Origin: Roseibacillus sp.
GTDB taxonomy: Bacteria; Verrucomicrobiota; Verrucomicrobiia; Verrucomicrobiales; Akkermansiaceae
Direction of reading: 5' to 3'
DNA: 18,182 nucleotides
NCBI GenBank assembly: GCA_965242925.1
Contig: CBDEUM010000036.1
Coordinates: 1 to 18,182 of the forward strand
Numbering within the stretch: position 1 is the first letter of the stretch; the number at the start of each line of letters is the position of its first letter. The notes below the pieces were generated by a model, which was given only the letters and a program-made list of their open reading frames with translations, did no database searches and was not told the DNA's origin. The position numbers and the translations under genes were made by a program. Shown one piece after another: positions 16,871 through 18,182 of this stretch.

Positions 16871-18182
16871 TTACTCTGTGCCGAGGATATCCCGGAGTTC
16901 GGGCTGGGTGACTCCGAGGCGGCGTGCGCACTCTTTCAGGTCACTGCCGCTCTGCTCGAAGACGCGTCGGCAAAATTCGGCCCTGAACCATGGGAGCAGG
17001 CTCTCGTCCGGGTGAGGGACCAGTGAAAGGATTTCGTCGAAAGCGGAGTTAAGCTTTTCGTTGCGAGAAAAGGGGCTACGGGCAAAGGGCATGTCTTCCG
17101 GGAGAAGAAGATCACTGGTAGAGAGGGCGCAGGCACGCGCGACGGTGTTTTCCAGTTCCCTCACATTGCCCGGCCAGTGGTGCTTTTGAAGAGTCTCCAC
17201 CGCTTCACCGCTCAAGCGCATGCGGGCCATGCCCTGTTTGCGCGCCAGTCGTTGCAGGAAAAATTCCGCCAGAAGGGGAATGTCCTCCGGTCGATCGCGA
17301 AGGGGAGGCAGGTTGATTTCGACCACGTTAAGACGATAGTAGAGGTCCTCCCGGAAGTTGCCCTGAGAAACTTCTACCGCAAGGTCCTTGTTGGTGGCTG
17401 CCACAATCCGGACATCGCTACTGAGGGTCTCGTTGCTCCCTACTCTCGAAAACGTGCCCTCCTGCAGGATGCGGAGGAGTTTCACCTGAACGGAGGCAGG
17501 CATGTCGCCGATCTCATCCAGGAAGAGGGTTCCGCCATCACATTGCTCGAAACGCCCCATGCGCCTTGCCACTGCTCCGGTGAAGGCCCCCTTCTCGTGG
17601 CCGAAGAGTTCGCTCTCAAGAAGGTTCTCGGGGATGGCACCACAGTTGATGGCGACCAAGTCCCCCTGGCGGCGTGGGTTGTATTCGTGCACGGCACGCG
17701 CGACCAGTTCCTTACCGGTTCCACTTTCTCCCGTAATGAGGACGGGAGCGTCGGTCTGGGCTACCCGCCCCACGATCTTGAAGACGTCCTGGAGCGGACG
17801 GGAAATCCCGATCATTTTCACGGGGCCGTCAGTAGCGGGGAGGCTGGGAATGCTGTCCTGGGCCTGTTTTCGTTGCTCCGAGCTCTGAAGGGCGGCCTCA
17901 ACCACAGGACGCAGCTCGAAAGGGAGGGATTCCTTGCGAAGCACATCCCGCGCCCCCCGTCGGGTCGCCTCGATGATCTGGGAGGTGGTGGGGAATCCCG
18001 CGGTTAGCACCACGACCGCGTTACTGTTCTTCGACCGGATCCGGGAGAGGAGTTCAAGGCCGTCAAAGGGCTGGATCTGGATGTCCGAAATCACCAGATC
18101 AAGGTCGGTTTGATCAGCGATCTTGACTGCGTTTTCGCTGTTGTCACAGCGAAGAATTTGAAGGCCCTTGGCTTCCAGATGT
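16871..18182 (-). CDS. NtrC-family sigma54-dependent response regulator (receiver + AAA + HTH), 5' end outside the window
   Basis: Frame stays open to the window edge (HLEAKGLQILRC...DLVISDIQIQPFDG). Contains GESGTGKE, ESELFGHEKGAFTGA, LFLDEIG, FREDLYYRLNV, WPGNVRELEN and a Fis-like ARRLGV tail. Confidence 0.95.
   Translation of the reverse strand, partial: HLEAKGLQILRCDNSENAVKIADQTDLDLVISDIQIQPFDGLELLSRIRSKNSNAVVVLTAGFPTTSQIIEATRRGARDVLRKESLPFELRPVVEAALQSSEQRKQAQDSIPSLPATDGPVKMIGISRPLQDVFKIVGRVAQTDAPVLITGESGTGKELVARAVHEYNPRRQGDLVAINCGAIPENLLESELFGHEKGAFTGAVARRMGRFEQCDGGTLFLDEIGDMPASVQVKLLRILQEGTFSRVGSNETLSSDVRIVAATNKDLAVEVSQGNFREDLYYRLNVVEINLPPLRDRPEDIPLLAEFFLQRLARKQGMARMRLSGEAVETLQKHHWPGNVRELENTVARACALSTSDLLLPEDMPFARSPFSRNEKLNSAFDEILSLVPHPDESLLPWFRAEFCRRVFEQSGSDLKECARRLGVTQPELRDILGTE

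Overview
GC-rich bacterial chromosomal window of mostly housekeeping genes. The gene set suggests a Verrucomicrobiales-like organism (inference only). Minus strand, left to right: a secreted triple-LysM protein split by a +1 frameshift; a MoxR/Bat-type operon (transcribed moxR, DUF58, DUF4381-like, batA, fused batB-batC, fused batD-batE); a glycine-rich RRM RNA-binding protein, also split by a +1 frameshift; and a candidate 22-aa lipobox micro-ORF. Plus strand: NAD kinase and Xaa-Pro aminopeptidase. Minus strand again: class-V aminotransferase, large secreted TPR protein, upp, and a 5'-truncated NtrC-type sigma54 regulator. I found no mobile element, CRISPR, tRNA or rRNA, and no clearly new multi-gene system. 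The best leads are small-scale: the micro-lipoprotein ORF, a recurring promoter-abutting-start (leaderless-like) architecture, a structured RRM leader, a 28-bp palindrome upstream of the LysM gene, an inverted heptamer array in the moxR-DUF58 spacer, and internal signal-peptide-like junctions in both Bat fusions.
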